From positions 1 to 44,210 of the forward strand of contig JBIKVK010000001.1 of the NCBI GenBank assembly GCA_044356835.1: a stretch of DNA of 44,210 nucleotides. Direction: 5' to 3'. Each line of letters starts with the position of its first letter. The stretch's first letter is position 1. Made by a program: the position numbers and the translations under genes. Of the stretch, positions 8,252-17,888 are shown one piece after another. Below the pieces are notes generated by a model. That model saw nothing but the letters and a program-made list of their open reading frames with translations, had not been told where the DNA came from and made no database searches. Source of the DNA: Burkholderiaceae bacterium (lineage in GTDB: Bacteria; Pseudomonadota; Gammaproteobacteria; Burkholderiales; Burkholderiaceae_E).

Positions 8252-9550
8252 TCACTGGATCCAGATCGCCCGATAATCGTTGACATTGGTCAGGGTCGGG
8301 CCGGTGCGGATCAGCGATCCGGTGGACTCGAAAAATCGGTAAGCATCATTATCGGCGAGCAGCCGTCGCGCATCGAGCCCCTGTTGCGCTGCCCTCGCGA
8401 GCGAGTCGGGGCCGAACCAGGCCCCCGCATTGTCCTCAACACCATCGATGCCGTCGGTATCGGCTGCCAGCGCCCAGAGATCGCCGAGGTCCGAGGCAGA
8501 AAGCGCGAGTGCAAGCAGAAATTCGCTGCAGCGCCCGCCTCGCCCGGCCCCTCTCACGGTGACCGTGCATTCACCGCCTGAAATCAGCACGGTCGGGCGA
8601 GCAAAGGGCTGGCTGTGCCTCACCACCTGACGCGCGATGGCCGCATGAACCTGCGCCACGTCGCGAGCCTCGCCGGTCATGCTGTCACTGAGGATGTGCG
8701 CAGGGATTCCGGCTGAACGGAACACCTCGGCCGCCGCGAGCAGACTGGTCTGCGCGGTCGCCAGGATGCGATGCTCGACCCGGGCAAACAGAGGGTCGCC
8801 GGGCTTGGGCGTTTCGGCCACGCCCCCCGCCTCACCGCGGCGCAACCAACCGGCCACCGACTCCGGCGCCCGCACGCCGAAGCGCTCGAGTACGCCCAAC
8901 GCATCCGAATAGGTGCTCGGATCGGGCGCACAGGGGCCGCTTGCAATCGCCGAGAGGTCATCACCGGCAACATCCGAAATGACGAGTGCCAGCACCCTGG
9001 CTTGCGTGGCCGCGGCAAGTCGGCCGCCGGTGGTGCGCGACAAATGTTTTCGAACGATATTGATGGACTCGATCGGCGCACCGCTCGCAAGCAGCGACCG
9101 GGTCACAGCGCGCAAATCCTCCATGGGCACATCGGGTACGGGCAGACTGAGCAGGCTGGAGCCGCCGCCGGACACGAGCACGATCAAAAGCTCGTCACTC
9201 GCGCAGGACCGCACCCGCGCGAGCAAGCGCTCGGCCGCCTGTTGACCCGACGCGTCGGGGACGGGATGACCCGCCTCGAACACTTCGATCCGGCGGCAGG
9301 GCACGGCATGTCCATACCGCGTGATGACCAGACCCTCGAGCGAACTTTGGTCGGGCCAGAGCCGCTCGAGCGCGGCAGCCATGCTCGCCGCGGCTTTGCC
9401 CGCACCCACCACCACGGTACGACGGAACCGGGCGAGCGCGCTGATCTCCGGAAGGTGAGCGGCCATCACCTTCGCGGGATCGGCTGCGGCGATCGCAGCC
9501 TCGAAACTTCGAAGAAGAAGCGCCGGCGGTGCCGATGCGAGTTCAGTCAA
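8252..9550 (-). CDS. ttuD: Glycerate 2-kinase / hydroxypyruvate reductase family protein (TtuD-like, DUF4147+MOFRL)
   Basis: 432 aa. Motifs VVVGAGKAAASMAAALE, LVSGGGSSLL, ISGGECTV, ADTDGIDG are typical of this family. TTG start 9550 is preceded by GGAG at 8 nt spacing. Confidence 0.85.
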   Translation of the reverse strand: MTELASAPPALLLRSFEAAIAAADPAKVMAAHLPEISALARFRRTVVVGAGKAAASMAAALERLWPDQSSLEGLVITRYGHAVPCRRIEVFEAGHPVPDASGQQAAERLLARVRSCASDELLIVLVSGGGSSLLSLPVPDVPMEDLRAVTRSLLASGAPIESINIVRKHLSRTTGGRLAAATQARVLALVISDVAGDDLSAIASGPCAPDPSTYSDALGVLERFGVRAPESVAGWLRRGEAGGVAETPKPGDPLFARVEHRILATAQTSLLAAAEVFRSAGIPAHILSDSMTGEARDVAQVHAAIARQVVRHSQPFARPTVLISGGECTVTVRGAGRGGRCSEFLLALALSASDLGDLWALAADTDGIDGVEDNAGAWFGPDSLARAAQQGLDARRLLADNDAYRFFESTGSLIRTGPTLTNVNDYRAIWIQ

Positions 9551-9590
9551 GACCGATCTCCAGGCAACACCGGCACACCCTCAGGCCGAC

Positions 9591-10571
9591 TCAGTCGGCA
9601 AACTCACCGGCCTTCTTGATGAGCGGCTCCCAGCGCTTGATCTCGGAGGACAGATGCGCCTTGAGCGCGGCCGGCGTCGCCTTGGCCAGGGGCACCGGCT
9701 CGGTGCCCAGATCGGCAAAACGCTTGATGATGGCCGGATCCTGCAGCGCCGCCTTGAGCGCCGCCTCGAGCTTGTCGATCACCGGCTTCGGCGTGCCCTT
9801 GGGCGCGTAAAAGCCATGCCAGATCGACACATTGAAGCCCTTCAGCCCGACCTCATCGAGAGTGGGCAGGTTGGGCAGCACGGACAGTCGCTGGGGCGAA
9901 GTGACCGCGAGCGCGCGCACTTTGCCAGCGTTAATTGAGGGAATCGTGTTGGTGGTCTGGTCGCAGAGCAAATCGACCTGGCCGCCCATCAGATCGGCGA
10001 GCGCCGGAGCCGTGCCCTTGTAGGGAACGGTGACGAGGTCGGTACCGAGGGCGCTCATGAAGAGCAGGCCGCACAAATGAGAGGCAGAACCGATTCCGGC
10101 GTTGGCAAACGAAATCTTGGAGGCGTTCGTCCGCAAGTAGGGCAGAAATTGGTTGATGTTCTGCACCGGCATTTCGGTCTTCACCAGCAGCGTCATGGCG
10201 ACTTCGTTGATCAGGCCGATGTGTTCGAAATCTTCAACCGGATTGAAAGGCAGCTTGCGGTAAAGGGTGGGAGCCGTCGACATCCCGATGTGGTGGATCA
10301 GGATGGTATAGCCATCGGGCTTGGCACGGGCCACTTTGGCCGGCGCGATCGTGCCGCCGGCACCTGCAGCCGTCTCGACAACGATCTTGGCGTTGTTCAT
10401 CGCACGGCCCATGGACTCGGCCATGCTGCGGGCAACGATGTCGGTGGGACCGCCAGCCGCGAAGGGAACCAGCATCGAAATGGGGCGACTCGGGAACTCG
10501 TCAGCCTGAACGCCGAAGGATGACAGGGACAGAGCCAGCGCTCCCATCAGCAGAGCGGGAAACTTCTTCAT
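9591..10571 (-). CDS. Tripartite tricarboxylate transporter substrate-binding protein (Bug/TctC family)
   Basis: MKKFPALLMGALALSLSSFGVQA signal peptide, then FPSRPISMLVPFAAGGPTD and other Bug-family hallmarks. ATG 10571 is preceded by AGGAG. The 466 aa track ORF is an upstream over-extension into ttuC. Confidence 0.9.
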   Translation of the reverse strand: MKKFPALLMGALALSLSSFGVQADEFPSRPISMLVPFAAGGPTDIVARSMAESMGRAMNNAKIVVETAAGAGGTIAPAKVARAKPDGYTILIHHIGMSTAPTLYRKLPFNPVEDFEHIGLINEVAMTLLVKTEMPVQNINQFLPYLRTNASKISFANAGIGSASHLCGLLFMSALGTDLVTVPYKGTAPALADLMGGQVDLLCDQTTNTIPSINAGKVRALAVTSPQRLSVLPNLPTLDEVGLKGFNVSIWHGFYAPKGTPKPVIDKLEAALKAALQDPAIIKRFADLGTEPVPLAKATPAALKAHLSSEIKRWEPLIKKAGEFAD

Positions 10572-10624
10572 AGCAACTCCTAGGAGGTACAACAATGGCT
10601 TATTAAAAAACTTCAACCGCAATC

Positions 10625-11686
10625 CTAACCCGAGACCACTTCGGCAATCGCACGACCCACGTCCAGGGTGCCGGCCGAGCCCCCCATGTCCGGAGTGCGC
10701 GGACCGTCTGCGGTGACCGTCTCGATCGCCTGGAGGATCGCATCGTGAGCCTCGGGGTGGCCCAGGTGGTCGAGCATCATGGCCGCACACCAGATCTGTC
10801 CGATCGGATTGGCCACGCCCTTGCCGAAGATGTCGGGTGCCGAACCATGAACGGGTTCGAAGAGCGACGGAAATCGGCGCTCGGGATTGATGTTGCCGGA
10901 GGGCGCAATCGCAATCGTACCGGTGCACGCGGGACCGAGATCCGACAGGATGTCGCCGAACAGGTTGCTCGCCACAACCACGTCGAACCAATGGGGATTG
11001 CGCACAAAGTGGGCGGTCAGGATGTCGATGTGGAACTTGTCGACGGCCACGTCGGGATACTGGGCCCGCATGGCCTCGACCCGCTCATCCCAATAGGGCA
11101 TCGAAATGAAAATGCCATTGGACTTGGTGGCCGAGGTGAGCTTGCGTCGGGGGCGTCGTCGGGCCAGTTCGAAGGCGTACCGCAGGACCCGGTCAACCCC
11201 CATGCGGGTAAATACGGACTCCTGGAGGACGAATTCGCGGTCGGTCCCAGGAAACATCTTTCCACCCACCGACGAATACTCCCCCTCGGTGTTTTCGCGG
11301 ACCACGTAAAAGTCGATATCGCCGGGGGCGCGGCCCACGAGCGGACAAGGCACACCCCGCATCAGGCGCACCGGCCGCAAGTTGATGTACTGATCGAACT
11401 CCCGCCGCATGAGGAGAAGCGACCCCCAAAGCGAAATATGGTCCGGTACCGTCGCGGGCCAGCCGACTGCGCCAAAAAAGATTGCATCGTGCCCGCCGAT
11501 ACGGTCCTTCCAGTCGGTCGGCATCATGGCGCCGTGCTGGGCGTAGTAGTCGCAACTGGCAAAATCAAAATGATCAAACCGGAGAGCGATCCCGAAACGG
11601 GTGGCCGCGGCCTCGAGCACCCGCAAGCCCTCCGGGACCACCTCCTTGCCAATTCCGTCGCCGGGCAATACCGCAATTCGGTGCAT
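10625..11686 (-). CDS. ttuC: Tartrate dehydrogenase/decarboxylase / D-malate dehydrogenase
   Basis: 353 aa. IAVLPGDGIGKEV, DHISLWGSLL, VRENTEGEYS, SNLFGDILSDLGPA, FEPVHGSAPDI are isopropylmalate/isocitrate dehydrogenase-family motifs. Overall pattern matches TtuC-type enzymes. Confidence 0.88.
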   Translation of the reverse strand: MHRIAVLPGDGIGKEVVPEGLRVLEAAATRFGIALRFDHFDFASCDYYAQHGAMMPTDWKDRIGGHDAIFFGAVGWPATVPDHISLWGSLLLMRREFDQYINLRPVRLMRGVPCPLVGRAPGDIDFYVVRENTEGEYSSVGGKMFPGTDREFVLQESVFTRMGVDRVLRYAFELARRRPRRKLTSATKSNGIFISMPYWDERVEAMRAQYPDVAVDKFHIDILTAHFVRNPHWFDVVVASNLFGDILSDLGPACTGTIAIAPSGNINPERRFPSLFEPVHGSAPDIFGKGVANPIGQIWCAAMMLDHLGHPEAHDAILQAIETVTADGPRTPDMGGSAGTLDVGRAIAEVVSG

Positions 11687-11860
11687 GGTCTGGAGTCCTC
11701 TCGCTTTTGTGAAGCGCTATCGTACCGCGGCCGTCTCAGTACGGCTGCGCCGGCCCAAAACCCCCCTGCGGAAGCGGCCGCTTGTGCAGCCGCCAAAAAG
11801 GCCCGTACACTCAAAACCAAGCTTCGCGCCCGCGAAGACCTGTCAACTGGAGACCCACCC

Positions 11861-12874
11861 ATGCTGTCAAAGCTTGTGAAAACCCTGGCCGTTGCGGCGG
11901 TCGCAGCGGCCCCGGCGATCGCGCTCGCTGGTCCGACCCTGGACTCGATCAAGCAGCGCGGCGCGCTGCGCTGCGCTGTCCACACCGGTCTGCTCGGCTT
12001 CTCGGCGCCGGACTCGGCCGGCAAATGGACCGGGATTGACGCCGATTTCTGCAAGGCCGTCGCCACGGCAATTCTGGGCGACCCGAACAAGGTGCAGTAC
12101 GTTCCCACCACAGCGCAGAACCGCTTCACCGTGCTGCAAGCAGGCGAAGTGGACATGCTGTCGCGCAACACCACCTGGACCTCCTCGCGCGACTCGACCA
12201 TGGGCTCGGTCTTCGCGGGCACCCTCTTCTATGACGGTCAGGGCTTCATGGTCAACAAGAAGCTCGGCGTGAAAAGCGCCACCGAGTTGAATGGCGCCAC
12301 CGTCTGCGTTCAGCCCGGCACGACGACCGAGTTGAACCTGACCGATTATTTCCGGGCGAAAAAGATGAGCTTCAAGCCGGTGGTGATCGCAGACATCAGC
12401 CAGATCGAGGGGGCGTTCTTCTCGGGTCGCTGCGACGTGTACACCACCGACATCTCCGGTCTGGCCGCCACCCGTCTCAAAGCGCCGAACAAAGACGACT
12501 ACATCATCCTCCCGGAGGCGATCTCCAAGGAACCGCTGGGCCCGATGGTTCGCCGCGGTGACTGGGAGTTTTTCACGATCGTCAAGTGGGTGCTGTACGG
12601 CCTGCTCGAAGCTGAAGAGTACGGCATCAGCTCGGCCAATGCAGACAAGCTCGCCGCCGAGTCCAAGGACCCGGTGATCATGAGGCTGCTCGGCAAGACC
12701 GGCGATCTGGGTAAGGGCATGGGCCTGGACAACGACTGGCTGCACAAGGTCGTCAAGGCGGTGGGCAACTACGGCGAGCTCTATCAGCGCAATATCGGTC
12801 CGATCGGCATCGCCCGTGGTGTCAATGCCCAGTGGCGCGATGGCGGTCTGATGTACGCCCCGCCGATCCGCTGA
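11861..12874 (+). CDS. aapJ: General L-amino acid ABC transporter substrate-binding protein
   Basis: Signal peptide MLSKLVKTLAVAAVAAAPAIALA, then a family-3 SBP domain (IKQRGALRCAV.., LSRNTTWTSSRD). Followed by two permease genes and an ATPase gene. The track ORF 10745..12874 is an antisense over-extension. Confidence 0.88.
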   Translation: MLSKLVKTLAVAAVAAAPAIALAGPTLDSIKQRGALRCAVHTGLLGFSAPDSAGKWTGIDADFCKAVATAILGDPNKVQYVPTTAQNRFTVLQAGEVDMLSRNTTWTSSRDSTMGSVFAGTLFYDGQGFMVNKKLGVKSATELNGATVCVQPGTTTELNLTDYFRAKKMSFKPVVIADISQIEGAFFSGRCDVYTTDISGLAATRLKAPNKDDYIILPEAISKEPLGPMVRRGDWEFFTIVKWVLYGLLEAEEYGISSANADKLAAESKDPVIMRLLGKTGDLGKGMGLDNDWLHKVVKAVGNYGELYQRNIGPIGIARGVNAQWRDGGLMYAPPIR

Positions 12875-12979
12875 TGACCGATCGAGACTCGTCCCGGACG
12901 CATGCGATGAATCCGACCGGGTTCCCGGGCCACCCTGGGTCTGACCGATCCTGCGGTGCCCCCGGGGCGAGCTCTCCGC

Positions 12980-13001
12980 GCGGGGGTCGCCTGACCCCCG
13001 C
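12980..13001 (+). other. Intercistronic GC stem-loop between aapJ and aapQ
   Basis: GCGGGGGT / ACCCCCGC perfect 8 bp stem with a 6 nt loop, in the 142 nt aapJ-aapQ spacer. No U-tract follows, so it is more likely an mRNA-stabilising or attenuating element than an intrinsic terminator. Confidence 0.4.
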
Positions 13002-13016
13002 CTCGGGTCCGTCGAT

Positions 13017-14156
13017 ATGCTGAGCAACGAGCGGGCTCGGGGCATTTTCTGGCAGGTGCTGCTGATCGCAGTGGTCGGCGGCATCGGCTGGTACCTCTTC
13101 ACCAACACCCTGCACAATCTCTCGACCCGGCAGATCCAGGTTGGCTTTGCATTCCTCGATCGTGAGGCCGGCTTCGAAATTTCCGAAAAGCGCATCGAGT
13201 ACGATCCGTCGATGTCCTATGCGCGCGCGCTTTTTGTGGGCGTGCTGAACACCCTGCATGTCTCGGCCATTGGAATCGTCATTGCCACCGTGCTCGGTTC
13301 GCTGATCGGCATTTCGCGGCTGTCGTCAAACTGGCTGCTTTCGCGGCTCGCGTCGGCCTACGTCGAGGTGATGCGCAACATCCCCCTGCTCTTGCAGCTC
13401 TTTGTCTGGTATGGGCTCTTCACCATGCTGCCTGGAGTGCGCCAGTCGATCGCCGTGGGCGAGTGGCTCTTTCTGAACCAGCGCGGACTCCGCCTGGCCT
13501 GGCCCGCCCCGGATCCGGCCTGGATGGCGATGTTTTGGACCGCCCTGGTGGCTCTAGCTCTGAGCGCCTTGTGGCGACGTCATGCGCGCAAGCACCAGGC
13601 GGCGACCGGCCGGCCTCTGCCGGTGTTTTTCCCGTCGATTCTTCTTATCCTCGGACTGCCCCTGGTGACCTGGGCCTTGATGGGGGCCCCCTCGACGATC
13701 GAATTCCCAAAGCTTGCAGGCTTCAATTTTCAGGGCGGCATCAACGTGACGCCCGAATTCATGGCGTTGCTCATCGGCCTGTCCACCTACACCGCCGCGT
13801 TCATCGCCGAGGTGGTACGCGCCGGCATCCTTGCGGTGGCTCGAGGTCAGACCGAAGCGGCGATGTCGCTGGGCCTCAGCCCGAGTCAGCGACTGCGTCT
13901 GGTGACCCTGCCTCAGGCCCTGCGCGTGATCATCCCGCCGATGACCAGCCAGTACCTGAATCTCACCAAGAACTCCTCGCTCGCCGTGGCCGTCGGCTAT
14001 CCCGACCTCGTTTCGGTGGCCAATACGACGATGAATCAGACCGGTCAGGCTCTCGAGGCGATCGCAATCCTGATGGCCGTCTACCTCACGATCAGCCTCG
14101 CCATTTCAGCCTTCATGAACTGGTACAACCAGCGCGTGCGCCTGGTGGAGCGCTGA
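13017..14156 (+). CDS. aapQ: Amino acid ABC transporter permease
   Basis: 379 aa polytopic membrane protein with a His/Glu/Gln/Arg-type permease (EAA-loop) domain: GQTEAAMSLGLSPSQRLRLVTLPQALRVIIPP. Confidence 0.88.
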   Translation: MLSNERARGIFWQVLLIAVVGGIGWYLFTNTLHNLSTRQIQVGFAFLDREAGFEISEKRIEYDPSMSYARALFVGVLNTLHVSAIGIVIATVLGSLIGISRLSSNWLLSRLASAYVEVMRNIPLLLQLFVWYGLFTMLPGVRQSIAVGEWLFLNQRGLRLAWPAPDPAWMAMFWTALVALALSALWRRHARKHQAATGRPLPVFFPSILLILGLPLVTWALMGAPSTIEFPKLAGFNFQGGINVTPEFMALLIGLSTYTAAFIAEVVRAGILAVARGQTEAAMSLGLSPSQRLRLVTLPQALRVIIPPMTSQYLNLTKNSSLAVAVGYPDLVSVANTTMNQTGQALEAIAILMAVYLTISLAISAFMNWYNQRVRLVER

Positions 14157-14157
14157 G

Positions 14158-15210
14158 ATGGCGGCGATCGCCTGGCTGCGGGCCAACCTGTTTTCGAGCC
14201 TTTCCAATTCGGTCCTGACCGTACTGATCGTGGCCGGGCTCGCCTGGGCGCTCCCGGGGCTGTTCAGCTGGTTGGTCTGGGACGCCGTTTGGGGCCCTCA
14301 GCCGGCACAGGCCTGCGAAGCCGCACAGGGTCGGGGCGCCTGCTGGAGCGTGGTCTGGGAAAAGCTCCGCTTCATGCTGTTCGGAACCTACCCATTCGGC
14401 GAGCAGTGGCGTTCCGGCGTCACGATTGCGCTGCTGACCGGCCTGATCGTGGTGTCTGCGATCCGCTGGTTCTGGAATCGCTGGCTGATCGCCATCTGGG
14501 TGGCCGGAATAGCCCTTGCATTCTGGCTGATGGGTGGGGGCCTGGGACTCACGCCCGTCAAAGCCGAGCAATGGGGCGGGCTGCCGGTCACCCTGATTCT
14601 GGCCATCTTCGGCATTGGCTTCGCTTTTCCGCTCGGGGTGCTGCTCGCGCTCGGGCGGCGCTCGCAACTGCCCGTGATCCGGGCATTTTCGGTGGTCTAC
14701 ATCGAGGTGATCCGCGGCGTGCCCCTGATCACCGTGCTGTTCATGGCTTCGGTGATGTTTGCGCTCTTCATGCCCGAGGGTGTGCGCATCGAGCAACTCC
14801 TGCGTGCCCAGGTCGCCATCATCCTCTTCATCGCAGCCTACATGGCCGAAGCGGTGCGCGGGGGCCTGCAGGCTGTGCCGCGCGGGCAATATGAGGCAGC
14901 CGAGGCGTTGGGGCTGCCCTACTGGCAAGCGATGGGGCTCATCATTTTGCCCCAGGCACTCAAGATCTCGATCCCGCCGATCGTCAACATTTTTATTTCA
15001 GTGTTCAAGGACACCTCGCTCGTTGTCATCATCGGCATTTACGACTTTGCCTATGCGGTAAAAAAGTCGGTCGAAACCGATATCGCATGGCGAAACTACA
15101 TCATCGAAGCCTTCCTGTTTTCCATCGTGATTTACTGGGTCTACTGCTACGCGATGTCCAAGTACAGCCAATGGCTCGAAGGCCAGCTCGCCCGCGGCGA
15201 GCGCCGCTGA
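14158..15210 (+). CDS. aapM: Amino acid ABC transporter permease
   Basis: 350 aa membrane protein. GQYEAAEALGLPYWQAMGLIILPQALKISIPP. ATG lies 1 nt after the aapQ stop. Confidence 0.88.
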   Translation: MAAIAWLRANLFSSLSNSVLTVLIVAGLAWALPGLFSWLVWDAVWGPQPAQACEAAQGRGACWSVVWEKLRFMLFGTYPFGEQWRSGVTIALLTGLIVVSAIRWFWNRWLIAIWVAGIALAFWLMGGGLGLTPVKAEQWGGLPVTLILAIFGIGFAFPLGVLLALGRRSQLPVIRAFSVVYIEVIRGVPLITVLFMASVMFALFMPEGVRIEQLLRAQVAIILFIAAYMAEAVRGGLQAVPRGQYEAAEALGLPYWQAMGLIILPQALKISIPPIVNIFISVFKDTSLVVIIGIYDFAYAVKKSVETDIAWRNYIIEAFLFSIVIYWVYCYAMSKYSQWLEGQLARGERR

Positions 15211-15231
15211 ACCCCTCTCTCCGGAGTCGCC

Positions 15232-16005
15232 ATGTCTGCCAGCGCCCCTGCCCCCCAAACCGCCGATCCGGCGAGCGCCATCCGGATTACCGGGCTCGAC
15301 AAGTGGTTCGGTGATTTCCATGTGCTGAAGAGCATCAACCTGTCGGTCGCAAAGGGCGAGCGCATCGTGGTCTGCGGCCCCTCGGGCTCGGGGAAGTCGA
15401 CGCTTATCCGGTGCATCAACCGTTTGGAGTCGCACCAGAAGGGAACGATTGTTGTCAATGGCACCGAACTCACAGACAACCTGAAAAATATCGACCAGGT
15501 GCGCTCGGATGTGGGCATGGTGTTTCAACACTTCAACCTGTTTCCGCATCTGACGGTTCTGGACAACTGCACACTCGCGCCGATCTGGGTGCGCAAGCAG
15601 CCCAAGGCCCAGGCCGAGCAGACCGCCATGCGTTTTCTGGAGCGTGTGCGCATTGCCGACCAGGCGCACAAGTTTCCCGGTCAACTGTCCGGAGGACAGC
15701 AGCAGCGGGTCGCAATTGCGCGGGCGCTGTGCATGACGCCTTCCATCATGCTGTTTGATGAACCCACATCGGCGCTCGACCCGGAGATGGTCAAGGAGGT
15801 GCTCGACACCATGATCATGCTGGCACGCGAAGGCATGACCATGCTCTGCGTCACGCACGAGATGGGCTTTGCGCGCGCCGTGGCAGATCGTGTCATCTTC
15901 ATGGACCGAGGCGAAATCGTCGAGGAGAACACGCCCGACGCCTTCTTTGACTCGCCCCGAAATGAGCGGACCCGCCAGTTCCTGAGCCAGATCCTCGATC
16001 GCTGA
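15232..16005 (+). CDS. aapP: Amino acid ABC transporter ATP-binding protein
   Basis: Walker [10 protein letters not shown], signature [15 protein letters not shown], Walker [12 protein letters not shown]. Confidence 0.93.
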   Translation: MSASAPAPQTADPASAIRITGLDKWFGDFHVLKSINLSVAKGERIVVCGPSGSGKSTLIRCINRLESHQKGTIVVNGTELTDNLKNIDQVRSDVGMVFQHFNLFPHLTVLDNCTLAPIWVRKQPKAQAEQTAMRFLERVRIADQAHKFPGQLSGGQQQRVAIARALCMTPSIMLFDEPTSALDPEMVKEVLDTMIMLAREGMTMLCVTHEMGFARAVADRVIFMDRGEIVEENTPDAFFDSPRNERTRQFLSQILDR

Positions 16006-17838
16006 TCAGGCCTTCGGGCCTTCCTCGACCGACTGGGCCTGGGCGGCCCACATCGCCGCGTAAACGCCTCCGAGGGCCAGCAGCTCGGCGTGTCGCCCGC
16101 GCTCGACGATTCGCCCTGACTGCATCACAAGAATCTGGTCGGCGTCGGCAATGGTGGACAGGCGGTGGGCAATGACAAGCGTCGTACGGCCGACCGCGGC
16201 CCGAGCAAGCGCCTGCTGAATCGCCTGCTCATTGCGACTGTCGAGCGCGGAGGTCGCCTCATCGAGAATCAGGATCGGCGGATTTTTCAACAGCGTCCTG
16301 GCAATCGCAACTCGCTGCTTCTCGCCGCCCGAGAGCTTGAGCCCGCGCTCGCCCACCGGGCTCTGGTAACCAGCGGGCAGCGCCGCAATGAAGTCGTGAA
16401 GCTGGGCTGCGCGCGCAGCCTCCACCACTGAAGCGTCATCGGCCGCGGTGTTGCCATAGGCAATGTTGTAGCGGAGGGTGTCATTGAACAGCACGGTGTC
16501 CTGCGGGACGATGCCGATCGCCGATCGCAGGCTGGCCTGGGTGAAGCCCCGGATATCCTGCCCGTCGATCAGGATCCGCCCGCCGGTGACGTCGTAAAAA
16601 CGAAAGACCAGGCGCGCAAGCGTGGATTTGCCCGCCCCGCTGGGTCCGACCACTGCAGTGGTGGTGCCTGGCGCCACCGTGAAATCGATATCGTGCAGGA
16701 TGGGTCGCGCCGAATCGTAGTGAAACTGGACGGCCTCGAAACGCAACTGCGGCCCGGACGACAGTGCAAGTGACTTTGCGTCGATGCGGTCAGCCACCTC
16801 ACGTTCGGAACCCAGGAGGCGAAACATCTTTTCCATATCGGTGAGCGCCTGCTTGATCTCCCGATACAGCACGCCCAAAAAATTCAAGGGGATGTAGAGC
16901 TGGATCATGAAGGCATTGACGAGCACCAGGTCGCCCAGCGACATCTCGCCCCGCACCACCCCTTCGGTCGCACGCCACATCAGAAGCGTCACGGTCACGG
17001 CAATGATCAGCGCCTGACCAAAATTCAGGAGCGCAAGCGAGGCCTGGGACCGGATCGCCGCTTTCATGCGGCGCCGCAATTCATGGTCGTATCGCTCGGC
17101 CTCGAAGCGTTCGTTGCCGAAATACTTGACCGTCTCGTAGTTGAGGAGAGCATCGATCGCACGAGTGCTCGCGCGCGAGTCCTGTTCGTTGAGTTCCCGC
17201 CTGAAATGCGTGCGCCAGTCGGTGATGCGCACGGAATACCAGACATAGGCGAAGAGCGCACACAGGGCGATCAGTCCGAAGCTGAGTTCGTAATGCCAGA
17301 GCAGATAGCCAATGACCAGCGACACCTCGATGATCGTTGGAAGGATGCTGTAGAGCGTGTATGAGATGAGACTCGAAACGCCCTGGGAGCCGCGCTCGAT
17401 ATCTCGGGTCATGCCGCCCATCTGGCGTTCAAGATGAAAGCGCAACGACAAATCCAGGAGGTGCCTGAATACCGAGAGCGTGATGTTGCGCGTGGCCTCC
17501 TGGGTGACCCGGGCAAATATGAGCTCTCGCAATTCGGTAAACATCGATACGCTCAGCCGCAGCAGGCCATAGCCCACCAGCAAGGCGGCCGGGACGACCA
17601 GGAGCGCGCGTGGATCGCCCGCCGGTATGTTCATGGCATCGACGATCGCCTTGAGGACGATCGGTACCGCCACATTCGCGAATTTGGCAGCGACCAGGCA
17701 AGAGAGCGCAAAGGCGACCCGCCAGCGCCAGGTCCAAAGATAGGGCAGCAGGCGGCGCACGGTGAGCCAGTCGCCGCGGACCGGGGCCTCACCGGGCGGC
17801 GATCGCGCGGCCGGTGCAGCGCTAGAGTGGGGGCGCAT
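16006..17838 (-). CDS. ABC transporter permease/ATPase, Atm1/HMT1 (ABCB7-like) exporter family
   Basis: 610 aa half-transporter with an N-terminal 6-TM domain (RRLLPYLWTWRWRV..). NBD has GPSGAGKST, LSGGEKQRVAIAR and ILDEATSALD. Its stop codon abuts the aapP stop with zero spacer (convergent). Confidence 0.85.
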   Translation of the reverse strand: MRPHSSAAPAARSPPGEAPVRGDWLTVRRLLPYLWTWRWRVAFALSCLVAAKFANVAVPIVLKAIVDAMNIPAGDPRALLVVPAALLVGYGLLRLSVSMFTELRELIFARVTQEATRNITLSVFRHLLDLSLRFHLERQMGGMTRDIERGSQGVSSLISYTLYSILPTIIEVSLVIGYLLWHYELSFGLIALCALFAYVWYSVRITDWRTHFRRELNEQDSRASTRAIDALLNYETVKYFGNERFEAERYDHELRRRMKAAIRSQASLALLNFGQALIIAVTVTLLMWRATEGVVRGEMSLGDLVLVNAFMIQLYIPLNFLGVLYREIKQALTDMEKMFRLLGSEREVADRIDAKSLALSSGPQLRFEAVQFHYDSARPILHDIDFTVAPGTTTAVVGPSGAGKSTLARLVFRFYDVTGGRILIDGQDIRGFTQASLRSAIGIVPQDTVLFNDTLRYNIAYGNTAADDASVVEAARAAQLHDFIAALPAGYQSPVGERGLKLSGGEKQRVAIARTLLKNPPILILDEATSALDSRNEQAIQQALARAAVGRTTLVIAHRLSTIADADQILVMQSGRIVERGRHAELLALGGVYAAMWAAQAQSVEEGPKA

Positions 17839-17888
17839 CGTGCGGCGGGAAACTCAGAGGCGGGGCTGCAGGCTCGGAACGGACCAGG

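Noticed and set aside
10745-11860. N-terminal 372 aa of the 709 aa track ORF 10745..12874
   Set aside because: This part is antisense to ttuC. The real gene (aapJ) starts at ATG 11861 with a signal peptide and an RBS.
11867-15858. Long minus-strand ORFs (11867..13195, 14113..14928, 14998..15858) across the aap operon
   Set aside because: They are antisense to clear ABC transporter genes. Their His/Arg/Asp/Gly-rich composition is typical of reverse-frame translation of GC-rich membrane and ATPase genes.
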